From Nemertoderma westbladi (lineage: Eukaryota; Animalia; Xenacoelomorpha): 44,349 bases of DNA. Shown here one piece after another: positions 11,201 through 21,700 of the stretch (the stretch's first letter is position 1; each line of letters starts with the position of its first letter). Under the pieces are notes generated by a model. It was not told the DNA's origin, searched no databases, and saw only the letters and a list, made by a program, of their open reading frames with translations. The stretch spans positions 1 through 44,349 of the forward strand of contig JAUCBJ010007190.1 of the NCBI GenBank assembly GCA_032718475.1. Reading direction: 5' to 3'. A program made the position numbers and the translations under genes.

Positions 11201-13415
11201 GCTCCACACCTTGCGCATGAAATACTTCAGACCTAACAGGTTGACACATTGTTACAGGGGGTGTTGGTATACCCTTTTGTAGATTTACTAACTTATCGCG
11301 TTCTAACGCGATACTCTGCTGCACTTCCTGTAATTCCAACTTACTTTCTCTTACTGTTCCCTTTAACTGTTGAACAGTCCCCTCCAACTCTCGGACCTGT
11401 TGGGAGGAGCGAGCCTGATTCTCCTCCATCTTCCCGAGGAGAATATCCATCCCCCGCCGTCGCTCATCCACCCACTCAACCGCCGAAGCGGGAGCCGCCA
11501 ACATAGTAGCGGGTAGACGAGGGATGACGGGCGGCAAATTGTTAATGTCTCGCTCAGCGTCCAGGACCGGAGTTGACTGAGGAACTGTCCCACCGGATAC
11601 AGGTAGTTTAGTACTGTGCAAAGGGAATTTATAGTTCGGTTCTGGAAGTACAGTGGTCTCTATTACAGAGGGAGTGGCTTCGAGAACAGGCCTAATTATT
11701 TCAGGTTCATCCACTATAGTAGGGAGCCTTTCTACTCTAATAATTTGGTCTGTGGGTTCTGTACTACCTAAGTCTGTGCTAGCTAGTTGCCTTCTCACAG
11801 CTGGGGGCAAATTAGGCAATTTCTGATGGTGGGGCGTTCTTCTACGCCTACTTAGACGAGATCTATTTCCTCCGCCTTCAGGATCTGTTGTATCGCCTTC
11901 ATCAGATGATGTAAATCCCTGTCTTTTGGGAATAGATCGACTTATCATCTGCCACTGACTAGCTGTTCTTTGTTTATCTATGTAGTCTTGCTTCTCTTGA
12001 AGATTTTCCAACTCTAGTTGGGTGGTCTCTTCAGACGCCCTCCGTTCTGCTTCTGCCACTGCCTCTGCCGCTTTTCTTTCCGCTTCTGCCGCTGCTACCT
12101 TTCTTTCCGCTTCTGCCTCTTTTCTTTCCGCTTCTGCGGCTGCCATTGCCGCTTTCCTTTCCACTTCTGCCACTGCCATTGCCGCTTTCCTTTCCGCTTC
12201 TGCCGCTTTTCTTTCAGCCTCTGCCGCTGCTGCTATCTTTCTGTCTTCTATACGTTTTTTCTTTACTTGTTCTTCCTGAACCCTAGCGATGCGGCTACTT
12301 TCATCAAATTTAGCTTGGTTCGCAGCTAACATTTCCGCATCTATTGCGTCCAGCACAAACTTGGCTCCTTCACTATTAGGACGAAGTCCAGCCAGCCTTC
12401 TCCTCAACTCTTCGTCACCTAGAAATCGTTGATAGTCTGACAGATAGATGTCAATAGCGTCCTTCTTCTGCGGTTTCTCTGCTGTCGCTTCGCTTTCCAC
12501 TTGAGAAAAGGTAGCGTCTGTTGATTCTCCGTGGGTTGAGCGCTCAGCCAGCTGAAATTTCCACTGGGCCGTTCCTTGATCCTTGAGACTCACCCGCTGG
12601 AACCAAGTCTTTACGGCAAGTTGCAATGACGTGTCTTGTCTTCTTTTCGAAGCTTCCTCAAAGGCCGATAGGATTAGTCTGATTCTTAGAATTCTTTCTC
12701 GAACTTGATAAAGCAGTTCTCCCTGCTCTTGAGGTCCTTGGGGTTGTTGAAACAGTTGTTCCTCTAATCGCTCCAAAGAGCTGAAGAATCCCTGTACATA
12801 TCCTGCTGCCGACCTCTTCCACACAGCTGGATCACTAGTGTCTTTTGTCACTCCCATCCTGTGTAAGTCCTCCCAGGCAGCTTCCAATAAGTTAAACGGG
12901 AGTCCGGGTCCGGGGAAGTTCCATTGCGTCTCGACAATAGACTTCAGTTCCTCCCTTGTGTATCCCGCATAACTGTCCTTGGTCGATCGCTTACTTCTCG
13001 CCCAATCGATTTGGTGTTCCTCCACCGCAATCAATACCCTAGTGAGTACGGCTGCAGGAAGAATGAGAAGGGGATCCGAATAAACCGCATCTGCCATCTT
13101 TGCTCCGCGCTCGGGTGTCAGCTCTACAGTATCTGAACTACTGGAGCTATCGGGCCGCTGAGAAATAAGTTCTCGGCTCGGGTGTTGTTGCTGTTTAACA
13201 GCTGCTTCTTGGTCCCGCTTGACTTGAGCCCGAGTGCCTATGATAGACCTACGGTGTTTGACTAGCCTAGGGTCTGATACTACTACTGGAGGGATGATCT
13301 TTCTTACAGTAGGAGGTGAGTTGAACTTTGGTCTCAAACGTTCCACACTCCTATCTGGATCACAGATGGTTGTATCTAGGAGACTGTCTGACAGGTTTTG
13401 CTTTGTGTCAGACAT
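8202..13415 (-). CDS. gag-pol: Gag-protease-RT(N) polyprotein portion, 1737 aa
   Basis: BEL Gag core (KFNGDEMKWLPF..EKLRFLIECLEG); knuckles CVLCDGPHHLSVC, CYNCLRQGHQRRNC, CAKCGAKHHILLH; protease ALLDSGS; RT VVFDGS, DIEGMFLQV, FGIISSP. Confidence 0.92.
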   Translation of the reverse strand: MSDTKQNLSDSLLDTTICDPDRSVERLRPKFNSPPTVRKIIPPVVVSDPRLVKHRRSIIGTRAQVKRDQEAAVKQQQHPSRELISQRPDSSSSSDTVELTPERGAKMADAVYSDPLLILPAAVLTRVLIAVEEHQIDWARSKRSTKDSYAGYTREELKSIVETQWNFPGPGLPFNLLEAAWEDLHRMGVTKDTSDPAVWKRSAAGYVQGFFSSLERLEEQLFQQPQGPQEQGELLYQVRERILRIRLILSAFEEASKRRQDTSLQLAVKTWFQRVSLKDQGTAQWKFQLAERSTHGESTDATFSQVESEATAEKPQKKDAIDIYLSDYQRFLGDEELRRRLAGLRPNSEGAKFVLDAIDAEMLAANQAKFDESSRIARVQEEQVKKKRIEDRKIAAAAEAERKAAEAERKAAMAVAEVERKAAMAAAEAERKEAEAERKVAAAEAERKAAEAVAEAERRASEETTQLELENLQEKQDYIDKQRTASQWQMISRSIPKRQGFTSSDEGDTTDPEGGGNRSRLSRRRRTPHHQKLPNLPPAVRRQLASTDLGSTEPTDQIIRVERLPTIVDEPEIIRPVLEATPSVIETTVLPEPNYKFPLHSTKLPVSGGTVPQSTPVLDAERDINNLPPVIPRLPATMLAAPASAVEWVDERRRGMDILLGKMEENQARSSQQVRELEGTVQQLKGTVRESKLELQEVQQSIALERDKLVNLQKGIPTPPVTMCQPVRSEVFHAQGVEPTRIYTASEVETPIVNPIKGNYRPVDNDIPYRPDNNPRNLYTDNSILNNTMAQESFTCQMARTEARQAVKVGEIVKFNGDEMKWLPFNEYYKDNIQNSVLSNGEKLRFLIECLEGSPKLMALKFIGHPDGLSQVWNTLNIRYGNRNNIARYLYAKLVAPRKFISSGIIEFSDEIQEICRQLDWLGKSHEYQSSMVIGAVASTLPKGGVGTRWDKKVLYMMEQQRRDRTMADLMSFLDGEVKLQLLKQSREKTPENKVSEKPASRRKITPVCYTDDGESQASQEEDSLKDTERSYYINKAPKDVSKFKSRTNDRREQVRKTPPTSPKRIHGRKPEERTSVHNVTQGKVSNIKPKCVLCDGPHHLSVCDEFIKKSLIDRREVMWNKRLCYNCLRQGHQRRNCYSDARCAKCGAKHHILLHTEFERNNPSQVSESELHVQFSDVNDTDQSSEMEGFYTDEFSDENESCYLINTAVYRALTYEKETDSELPLTTPDRQPSWKAPTSNVGIREFPVVQLRVHGSEKSYIVNALLDSGSTGTFIDKELAKDIFAGQPKFRTKLNMSGIMQVWKSTVTTDYYVGALSTPQDELGEHSIRSVKMVAIKNFATSQVEPYNWDEDDFTQQHEIPRFNTDYPGVQILIGQNAHEALETLEKRPAQPQPLQTYAGRTRVGWYFTGPSRITLMERLPKERVYQVSEWEDETSEGDDPPEGTPYSSDNDDIHQLFDEENTIDLLTENETWQNQVNLCHLIYPAGQVDYNDELNEVIDRYNAKTCDEHAVRFFTQEAVEPNSYDKALSVEEERAKQIQETTTRFLKDQGRYEIGLPFRQREPNFINNRPLAEKRIVQLHRRLTANASAKEMYKTQLKKFIEKGYAERVPEGTPITERTYYLTHHYIPKPGKPNEVRVVFDGSALYMGQSLNSELLPGPNLLQSLLGILLRLRQYSIAFASDIEGMFLQVKALDRDRDSLRFLWWPEGDFNQKPVEYWMTIQAFGIISSPTTPAQ
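12045..12235 (-). repeat. Coding tandem repeat (A)EAERKAA in Gag N-terminus
   Basis: About 7 imperfect copies of EAERKA visible in DNA and protein. Confidence 0.85.
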
Positions 13416-13547
13416 GTTTGTTTGTACAGTTGAATGCCCACTGCTATAATTACAGTTAAAGCAAGTTTAGTAATTCAGTATCACTGTTAGCCTAGTAATT
13501 AATTACCGATATAGTTACTCTATGTAACATGATATATATACAATATA

Positions 13548-13800
13548 TTAGAATACCGGTATACACTTATAGTATATATAAGTATTATTACGGATCGAAT
13601 ATTATGGTTCGTCACAGAATACCGGTATATAATATCAGCGCAAATATATAGGTATATAATAAGCCTAACGCCTAACAGCTTACACTTATAGTATATATAA
13701 GTATAATTGTAGACTAGAATTAATTACAGAATACCGGTATATAATTTCAGCTTAAATATATAGAAATAAATATAATAAGCCTATCGTAAATACCGGTACG
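13548..13800. repeat. Short direct repeats in the ~1.9 kb 5' leader
   Basis: agaataccggtata x3, tacacttatagtatatataagta x2, tataataagccta x2. Confidence 0.7.
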
Positions 13801-15315
13801 TCAATTATTTTAGAATAATTGAATTTCTGAATTTTAGGGTTACTTAGTTACTTTACTTTACTTTATTACCGTTATTTAAGCAGTAGTCCAACTGATATTA
13901 AGACCTAATTGTTGTATGACAGGCCTACTATTTTATAAATCGGTTTGAGTTGATTTATAATATATATACCCGTTTAATGGGTTTTGTTACAATATTTGAA
14001 ATAAATATTATTATTTCTGGGAAGGAGTCACTACACAGTGAAGTGCTACTTGTTGGACACTAAAACAAATAATTCTAATTTACTAAGTTACTTATTACTA
14101 CAAATTACGTACAATTAAGGGGTGAGATTACAATCTCTAAATAAACACAAAAAATTACACGTACGAATTTTTAGGGTTAATTTTACAGGGAATCTACAAA
14201 CCAGCGTAACAAGGAGTTAGAATATCTGGTTATTACAAACGGACAAGATACTACGGTATTTGAAAATAATAAAGCAGTAGTAAATATATTGCATTGTCTA
14301 GATAAGAAAATACCACCATCTGACGACTTATAGCCGTAGCGCTATAAGTACTACGTTATGTACCCGGAGTGTTCCTACCTAGAAGTTAATTACCGCAGCC
14401 TACTATAGCTAACGTGCCTATTAACCACTTTACAACACAAATATACTGCCTACACACTAATTACCTTCGGAAAGCACTGTACACTAAACCCTAAATTAGG
14501 TACAAGTACTTATACAACAAATAACCAGCAGTTAAAAATACTTGTACAGCTAAAAGAACCACGGTATCTGCCAGAGTGACCAGAGCATAAAATCACCAGT
14601 CTTTACCTACACCAAACAGTCCTGATGTAGTACCGGGGTTAATTTAACTATAACGGTATGTATAACACGCACAATTACTGTAGGAATAAACTTGGGGTTG
14701 TGATTGTTGCGAATAATCGCATATACTCTGAATAATAAATATTACGCTACCCGTACAGACTACACAAACAAAATACAGACCAAACGCTGGCAGACTACTA
14801 TCAAGCCTAAATAAACTACAGTATATGCAGACTCCGAAATGGTTAGTTAGTATGCGTTCTAACCGAGTAGTACGACTTATTCTTTCGGGGGGGGGGGGGG
14901 GGGGGGATTTACCTTACAGCACTGGATGCCCCCACGTTCCTAACTAGTACTTTATCGGACATACACTCTACACACACTGCAATCTCTTCAGACCTAACAA
15001 CAGTCAGACAACAATCCAGCCTACAAATTATTTATACAATCTGAGCAGGCTTACACGCCTTCTGCTCAATATTAACTTACATATAAATAAAACTGACAGA
15101 AATAAGTAAAATCCCAATAAAAAACCAGGGCTGCAGTCCCTGATTAAATATCAAGACCTACCGGTATATAATTATCAAAATCGAATAATACTGATGTACC
15201 TGTACTGCTGTAAGTACCGGTTCGGGTGGTTAGGTAGTTAGGCCTACTGGTTACCGGTCGACCAGTACTTTTGCCTTTATTGCCTACGTTGCAATAAAGA
15301 AAGAATAACTGTTAT

Positions 15316-16222
15316 TGTTCGCGCTTTTAGACCTTTAGCAGTTTAACCTGCCAATTTTAGGTGTCTTCTAGGTTATAAATCGACTTTAGCCTATAACAAG
15401 TATTTGATACACATAGAGTTACATTAGCCGAAGCCAGCCTATGCGCGATCATTCACCCACGGTTAAGGGAGACTGGATTCGGATGCTCTGACCTTATTGC
15501 GGTGTAGACTTACTGTACTATTCGATTGATCGTTAATATATAATCTCTGACAAATATTATTCACTTTCGGGAAATATTAACAGTTCCTTTAGGACGTGGC
15601 GCTCTAAGTATATAAACAGAGTTATGACTTACACTAAACACAACGGGATGGCTAATGATTTTCGTATAAAGCGCATTCTTTAGGAAATGCGTTGTTATCT
15701 GTCACACTCATGCACACTACCGCACACTGCTGCACTCTGATCTGCCGACCTTCACTAAATTTGATCATATATAAGGAGAACAGCAACCGACACATGTAGG
15801 GTCTATGAAATAGCATTCAATTCACTCCAAAACCACTATAATGTAAGTCACAATTGCTATATGTAACCGGTCTCTCTAACCTTCAGTATATCAAGAAGAT
15901 TGGGGTTTTATGATTATTTATCGATATTCTCCAAATATAACAATATATCCATCAACTTCTAACAATTAATAACCGACAGTAAATAGCAGTAAAATAATGC
16001 GGTGAAAGGTACCGTAATGTGATATTATGCGTGACTTGTATGATAACAGTTATACGTTTCTATAATCAAAGCCGTTCTAATGTTTGGCTAAAGTCTGAAA
16101 CACAGAATAATTCCAAAGCCGATGTTCTGGGCTCAGGAAAAAAGGTAAACAAAGACCATAATGCATTGCGCTATTTTTCGCAGGCTTCTGTACAAGATAA
16201 AATGAAAATCGCTCTGATTGGT
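15316..16222 (-). repeat. 5' LTR, missing its outer ~270 bp
   Basis: About 99% identical to 1081-1984; identity stops abruptly after gctctgattggt. Confidence 0.9.
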
Positions 16223-16740
16223 TGTTCGCGCTTTCAGACCTTTGGCGTTAAAAACGAATTATTAGTATGTACATTAGTTAAAAGATAATTATCAGATAAA
16301 AACCAGTAAAAGGCAAAGTGAAAATATTAAGAAATATGCAAAGATTGAGTTGACATCATTATAAGATTAATTTAATAAAGATAAATAAACTATTAAAGAT
16401 TAATAGTTTAAAACGATCGAGTTTTAAAGGTTGGGTTAATACATATTGGGGTAGTTATAGTTAAAAACGAATATCAGTACATTACGTAAAAGATAATTAT
16501 CAGATAAAAACCAGAAAAGGGCAAAGTGAGAGTATTTAAAAATATGCAAAGATTGAGTTGACACAATCGAGTTTTAAAGGTCGGGTTAATACATATTCGT
16601 CATCTTGAAGGTGACGTATTGTGATAGTTAGTTAAAAAACGAATAATTATCAGTACGTTAGTTAAAAAAAAGATAATTATCAGGAATTAAAACAGAAAAG
16701 TGCAAAGTGAACTTATTTAAAAATATGCAAAGATTGAGTA
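16223..16740. repeat. Variant LTR terminus followed by three diverged tandem units
   Basis: tgttcgcgctttcagacctttggc versus LTR start tgttcgcgcttttagacctttagc; then gttaaaaacgaat..aagataattatcag..gcaaagtga..aatatgcaaagattgagt at ~16247, 16460 and 16631. Confidence 0.7.
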
Positions 16741-17586
16741 AAAGATAAGATGAGGTAGATAAAAAGTTTGTGTAGTGCTTGTGTATGACTCAGTCAGTCA
16801 GTGACTGTACAGCTGTAGGCTAAGTAAATACTGAATTATGCTTGATGCCAGCGCCAGGCAGCCAGGATGCTGTACTGTCTGACTGCTGGACTGTGTGATG
16901 CTTAACCACCTGTCTGCCTGTACAAGTGTACTATGCTGCTATAGCCTATGTACAGATGTATGCTGGTATGTATGTATAGGTCAGTAGGCAGGCCCGTATC
17001 GTGCGGGGGGGCTTTGGGGGCACTGCCCCCTCAGAGAAGTCCCACTGCCCCCCCCCAGACATGTATTGTTCACTCGTCTTGTTCAGAATTAACTAATAAT
17101 AATATTGTTGGTAATCAATATTATTGGATTCACATACTCCTGCCCATTGACCTGACCTGACTCCCCACCATTCCATTTGGTCCAATTCTATAACTACATG
17201 ACATTAATATACCCACCTACTGTCAGACTGTACCTGTAATTACTAAACATACTCGAAAGCGCTCGGTTCTCTCATTGGCTACCAGGGTGGAGGGGTTGTT
17301 TGTTGTTGACCCATTGTCTATTTGCTTGTAGTTTGGGAGCCAGCTTGCAGCTAAAAGGCTTGGCGCTGAGGGTTGCAGGGTTGCTTGCGCTGGTATCCAT
17401 AGCTATAATTTGTTGTAACTTAACCTTAACCATATTATACCTGAAGTGGGTCCTTCGCGCAGCACGTGATATAAACTTATGTAAGTGTAATCTTGAAAGA
17501 AAAATAAGCAAAATCTAAGCAGATGTGATGCCCTTGATCACTTTATACCAGCCTAGAGGCAGGATTGAAAACTGCAGTCGATTTAA

Positions 17587-18390
17587 CCCTTGTGCTGTCT
17601 TTGAGTTTGAGGTCATTTTTGACCCATCATAGATTTAAACTTACTCAATTTTATCACACATTGATATTCCAACTCAGTTCGCAAACCAGATGTCATCAAA
17701 TGTCAAATGGGCCCAAACTTAGATAGATACCAACATTTTGAATTGGGGATGACATGAAATATTCCAAAATGCACATGGCCAGTTCCCGCCCTTGGCGCAA
17801 GTGAGTCATATTCCCCATTTTTGTGATGATCAACTTCTAGTATTCCTACTGCATTGATATTATGCTCATTTAGAACCGCAATGACCGATTTAGTTGTTGT
17901 AGACACCTTCAAAACAAGCATAGAGCTGTAGAGCGAATAGTGTTTGTCAAGGTATTTGTCAATATCGCATCAAAGCGCTAATTTTGACTTGTGCCGGACT
18001 TCACATTATCTGCAATATCTGCAAAACTATTCGCTCTATTGTTGTTTTGAAGGTGTCTACACCAACTAAATCTGTCATTGCGGTTCTATTGAGCATAAAT
18101 ATAAATGCAGTAGGAATAATAGAAGTTGATCATCACAAAAATGGGGAATATGACTCACTTGCGCCAAGGGCGGGAACTGGCCATCTGCCTGTGGGAATAT
18201 TTCCTGTCATCCCCAAATGAAAATTTTGGTTCCGGTATCTATCGAAGTTTGGGGTCATTTTATGACATCTGATGTGCAAACTGAGTTTAAATTCGACAAT
18301 TCAACAAGTTTTTTTGGACCACCCCAACCCTCTCATTTACCTGAGGTCAAAATTGACCTCAAAGGAATCATCTGTTTGAGAAACGAAGGG
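17587..18390. mobile_element. piggyBac-like MITE with a long internal inverted repeat
   Basis: TTAA|CCCTT...AAGGG|TTAA; subterminal gaggtca.....tgacc palindromes; ~260-bp inverted arms at ~17673-17930 and ~18030-18287. Confidence 0.7.
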
Positions 18391-18794
18391 TTAAGACCTC
18401 AGAAAAAGTTTAAATGACACAGCTAATGGTCGAGTACAATTCTGCCAAGTTTCAGGTTCAAAAAAAAAGTCTGGGTCTGGGGTGAAAAGTCGCTAAATAA
18501 TGTCAAGTTTTGGACATATTTATGCCTACAAATTTTCAATTTGACAGCTTTAAATCTGACAAAGTTATTTAATGTCAAAATAGTTACGTCAACAACTATT
18601 TGCCATTATTGACATTCTCCTTAACAGTGTCAATTCGCCATGGCTCCGCCAACTTCGTGGCTCGCCCCACATACCTTTCAACAATATTGATTTTACTTTA
18701 TATACTAAATTAACTCTCACTTTTTGCATGCTCCCCAAATCCCAGTTATTGGTTTGCCCCCCCGGATTTGGCCTCTGCCCCCCCAGATATTATG

Positions 18795-21700
18795 ATTATT
18801 ATTATTATTATTATTATTAGCGCTCTTTTTTGGTAAAAAATACAACAATTTATACAAACAAATAAAACACGTTAGAGGGAGACCACCACTAGGCACCAGG
18901 CACTTACAGTGTAGGTTTAAAGTTCACTATACATACAGTAGATTTATGAGTATACATACAGTAGGATGTAGAATTTCGGACGATACAATGAAAACACATG
19001 TAAAAACAGCAATAACAATTTTGAAGAAAAACGGATTTATAAAAATTTTCAGAAATAAAATCATTTCAGCTACACTCAGGACGGTAAGAAAATGGGTATA
19101 AGTAAAACTAAAATTTGGACCATGGATGATATGAACAATAATTAAATTATATCAGATAAAGTAATAATATCAGATATCAAAGTTACAGAAAGGCATAAAA
19201 TCGAAATCAAGTAGCAAATGAGAAAATATTGAAATTGATTTTGCACCAACAGTTTCAGACGGCAAGGAGTTCCAGAGCGGCACAACACGATTTGAAAAAT
19301 AATGTTTGTATATCTGCAGCCGACAGCGAGGTACAAAAAGCTTTTGGTTGTGGCCTCTCAGACCTGAACGAGGCGGCTCAGAAAAGTACTGGGCGCTCTC
19401 AAGATCTACCAGTCCGTGTTTTATACGGTAGACCATCTTTAAATCGAAAACATGTCTACGTACCTCTAGCGGCTGCAAATTCAAAAAATGTAAGCGATCA
19501 ATATAAGTAGCGGGGGACAGATTGCACCTAAGAAAGAGTCGCCTACAGAAGTACCGTTGTACACGTTCCACGAGGTTTATAAATCTCTTTGTAAACGGAG
19601 ACCACACAGGGGTACAATATTCAAGTAGAGGACGCACCATAGATTTATATGCTGTTAGTAAAGCCGACTTGTTTGTGGAGACAATGTTTCTAAAAAGCAT
19701 GTTAATTACTCTAAAGGCTTTCGCAACCTGAGCCTTGCAGTAAATATTAAACTTGAGATCAGGGGCAATTAAAAGGCCAAGATCTTTACAGGAGGATTCA
19801 GATTTAAGCACAGCACTGTTTAAAAAATATATATGCTTAGGATTAGTCGCACCAATATAAACCGCAAAACATTTATGAGCAGCTAAGTTTAGCTGGCATT
19901 CTGACGCCCAAGTCTCCAGTTGCCGAAGAGCAGTGACAATATAATTTCGCTGATCAGAGGAGGAATATATTTTCACATCATCGGCATATAACTTGGCACT
20001 AACTGGTAAAAGAAGGTCAGGTAAGTCGTTGATAAATAACATAAAAAGTAAAGGTCCGATAACACTGCCTTGCGGCGTACCAGAGATAACTGCACAAACC
20101 TGTGAAAACATATTGCCCACCAAAACTTGCTGAGATCTGTTGGATAAAAATGCTTTAAACCAATCTAATAGACTCCCACAAACACCATACCCCGATAATT
20201 TACACAGAAGTTTACTATGTACGACAGAATCGAACGCTTTAGAGAAATCTACATATATTACATCAACATTTTTACGCTTATCTATAAGTTTGCACCAATC
20301 GGAAAGACAATCTAATAATTGTGTACATGTACTTTTTCTCTTTAAAAAACCGTGTTGTGCCCGGGTAATTAATTTGTTTGTTAACAGGTAATTTATCAAA
20401 GCATCTTTAATTACCATTTCCATTATCTTACAGGTTATGCACGTGAGGGAGATAGGTCTGTAATTATAAGGGTCTGATGAATCGCCCTTTTTAAATACAG
20501 GTATAATGTAGGCAGTGAGCCAAACAGATGGAAGGGCGTGCGATTCAAAAGAGACACGGAAAATAACTGATAAGGGCGCTGCTATGGTACAAGCTAGTTT
20601 AGAAAATAGAATAGCCGGGAACCCGTCCGGGGTGGAACTGTGTTTCGGAGCTAGTTTATGTAAAAAAGTTAAAACATTTACAGGATTAAAATCAACAGAA
20701 GATAAATTAACATTATAGGGTACTTTGCGGTTAAAATTTAAAGGCACATTATTGTCAGGGGTAAAATTTTCTGAAAAGACAGAGGAAAAAATGGTAGCCT
20801 TAGTTTCGTCATCAATTACTGTTTCACCTTTGTATTTCAGGGGGCCAATGTCCGATCTGTTGGAGTTCTTTTTCTTCAGGTACCGAAAGATCGCATTTGT
20901 GTTTCCAGAACTGAGAATCCGGATTTCCCGCTCGCAGTCAGCACGGTGAGCGGCGCGGGAAGCTTGCGCTGCAACACATTTATACGCAGCCATACCGCCT
21001 TCCGAGTGACGCCTGCGCCACAAGCGTTTCTTTGCTTTCTGTAAAATCTTGACGTAATGAGGGTACTTCTTTTGGTTGCTATCGTTACAAAATTCCTTGT
21101 AAGGAATATAAGTATTTATACCACTTTTCATAACCTTGCTAAATGCTAGGAAGAAATCGTCCACTGTTCTACATGAAGCAAACTCTTCTTCTTCCCATTT
21201 AATTGACCTCATAAATGACTTAAAACCTGTGTAATCACCATTTGCGAAATCGTAAAAACCACGTGGCGCAGAGGTGTCCGAGCTGTCACACTGAGGTGAA
21301 CCAATTATATCGAAGGACACAGTGGCGTGTTCGCTCGTAGAGAATGGAGCAGCCGTCGAAACGCTCGAGACAAAATGGTCATCCGTGGTAAAAATAAGGT
21401 CTAGAACGTTGTCACCTCTGGTAGGCTCGTACTGGACCTGCGAGAGGCCTGATTCCAAAACGAAACTAAAAAAGTTGTTATAGATATCGTTGTCCGGGTG
21501 GGAAACATCAGTCCAATCGAACAGCGGCAGATTAAAGTCGCCAGTGATCACACACGGTTTGTTGGTGTCGCACAGGATGTTGAGAGCTTCACAAAGTCCG
21601 GTAGTAGTGTCAGGAACGCTGGGAACAGGTGGCGGACGGTAAGCGCATATTAATCGTGAAGAGCCGTCAATGAGGTCAATGGCTACAGCTTCTATGTCCG

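Larger units (their letters stand above)
1081..16222 (-). mobile_element. Long BEL/Pao (Belpaoviridae-type) LTR retrotransposon, defective copy
   Basis: Direct LTR pair; domain order Gag (3 zinc knuckles)-PR-RT-RNase H-IN with BEL-type motifs (VVFDGS, YMDD, FGDAS, PRAEL, NPAD.ASRG, RVGGRL, PWWGG.WERL, N.RPL, LTP.HFL). Confidence 0.95.

Noticed and set aside
7820-13449. Short + strand ORFs overlapping gag-pol (and likewise those over the LINE ORF2)
   Set aside because: Antisense shadows of real coding sequence with no independent motifs.
17703-18220. Two similar short ORFs on opposite strands as a gene pair
   Set aside because: They are the two arms of one inverted repeat in a MITE.
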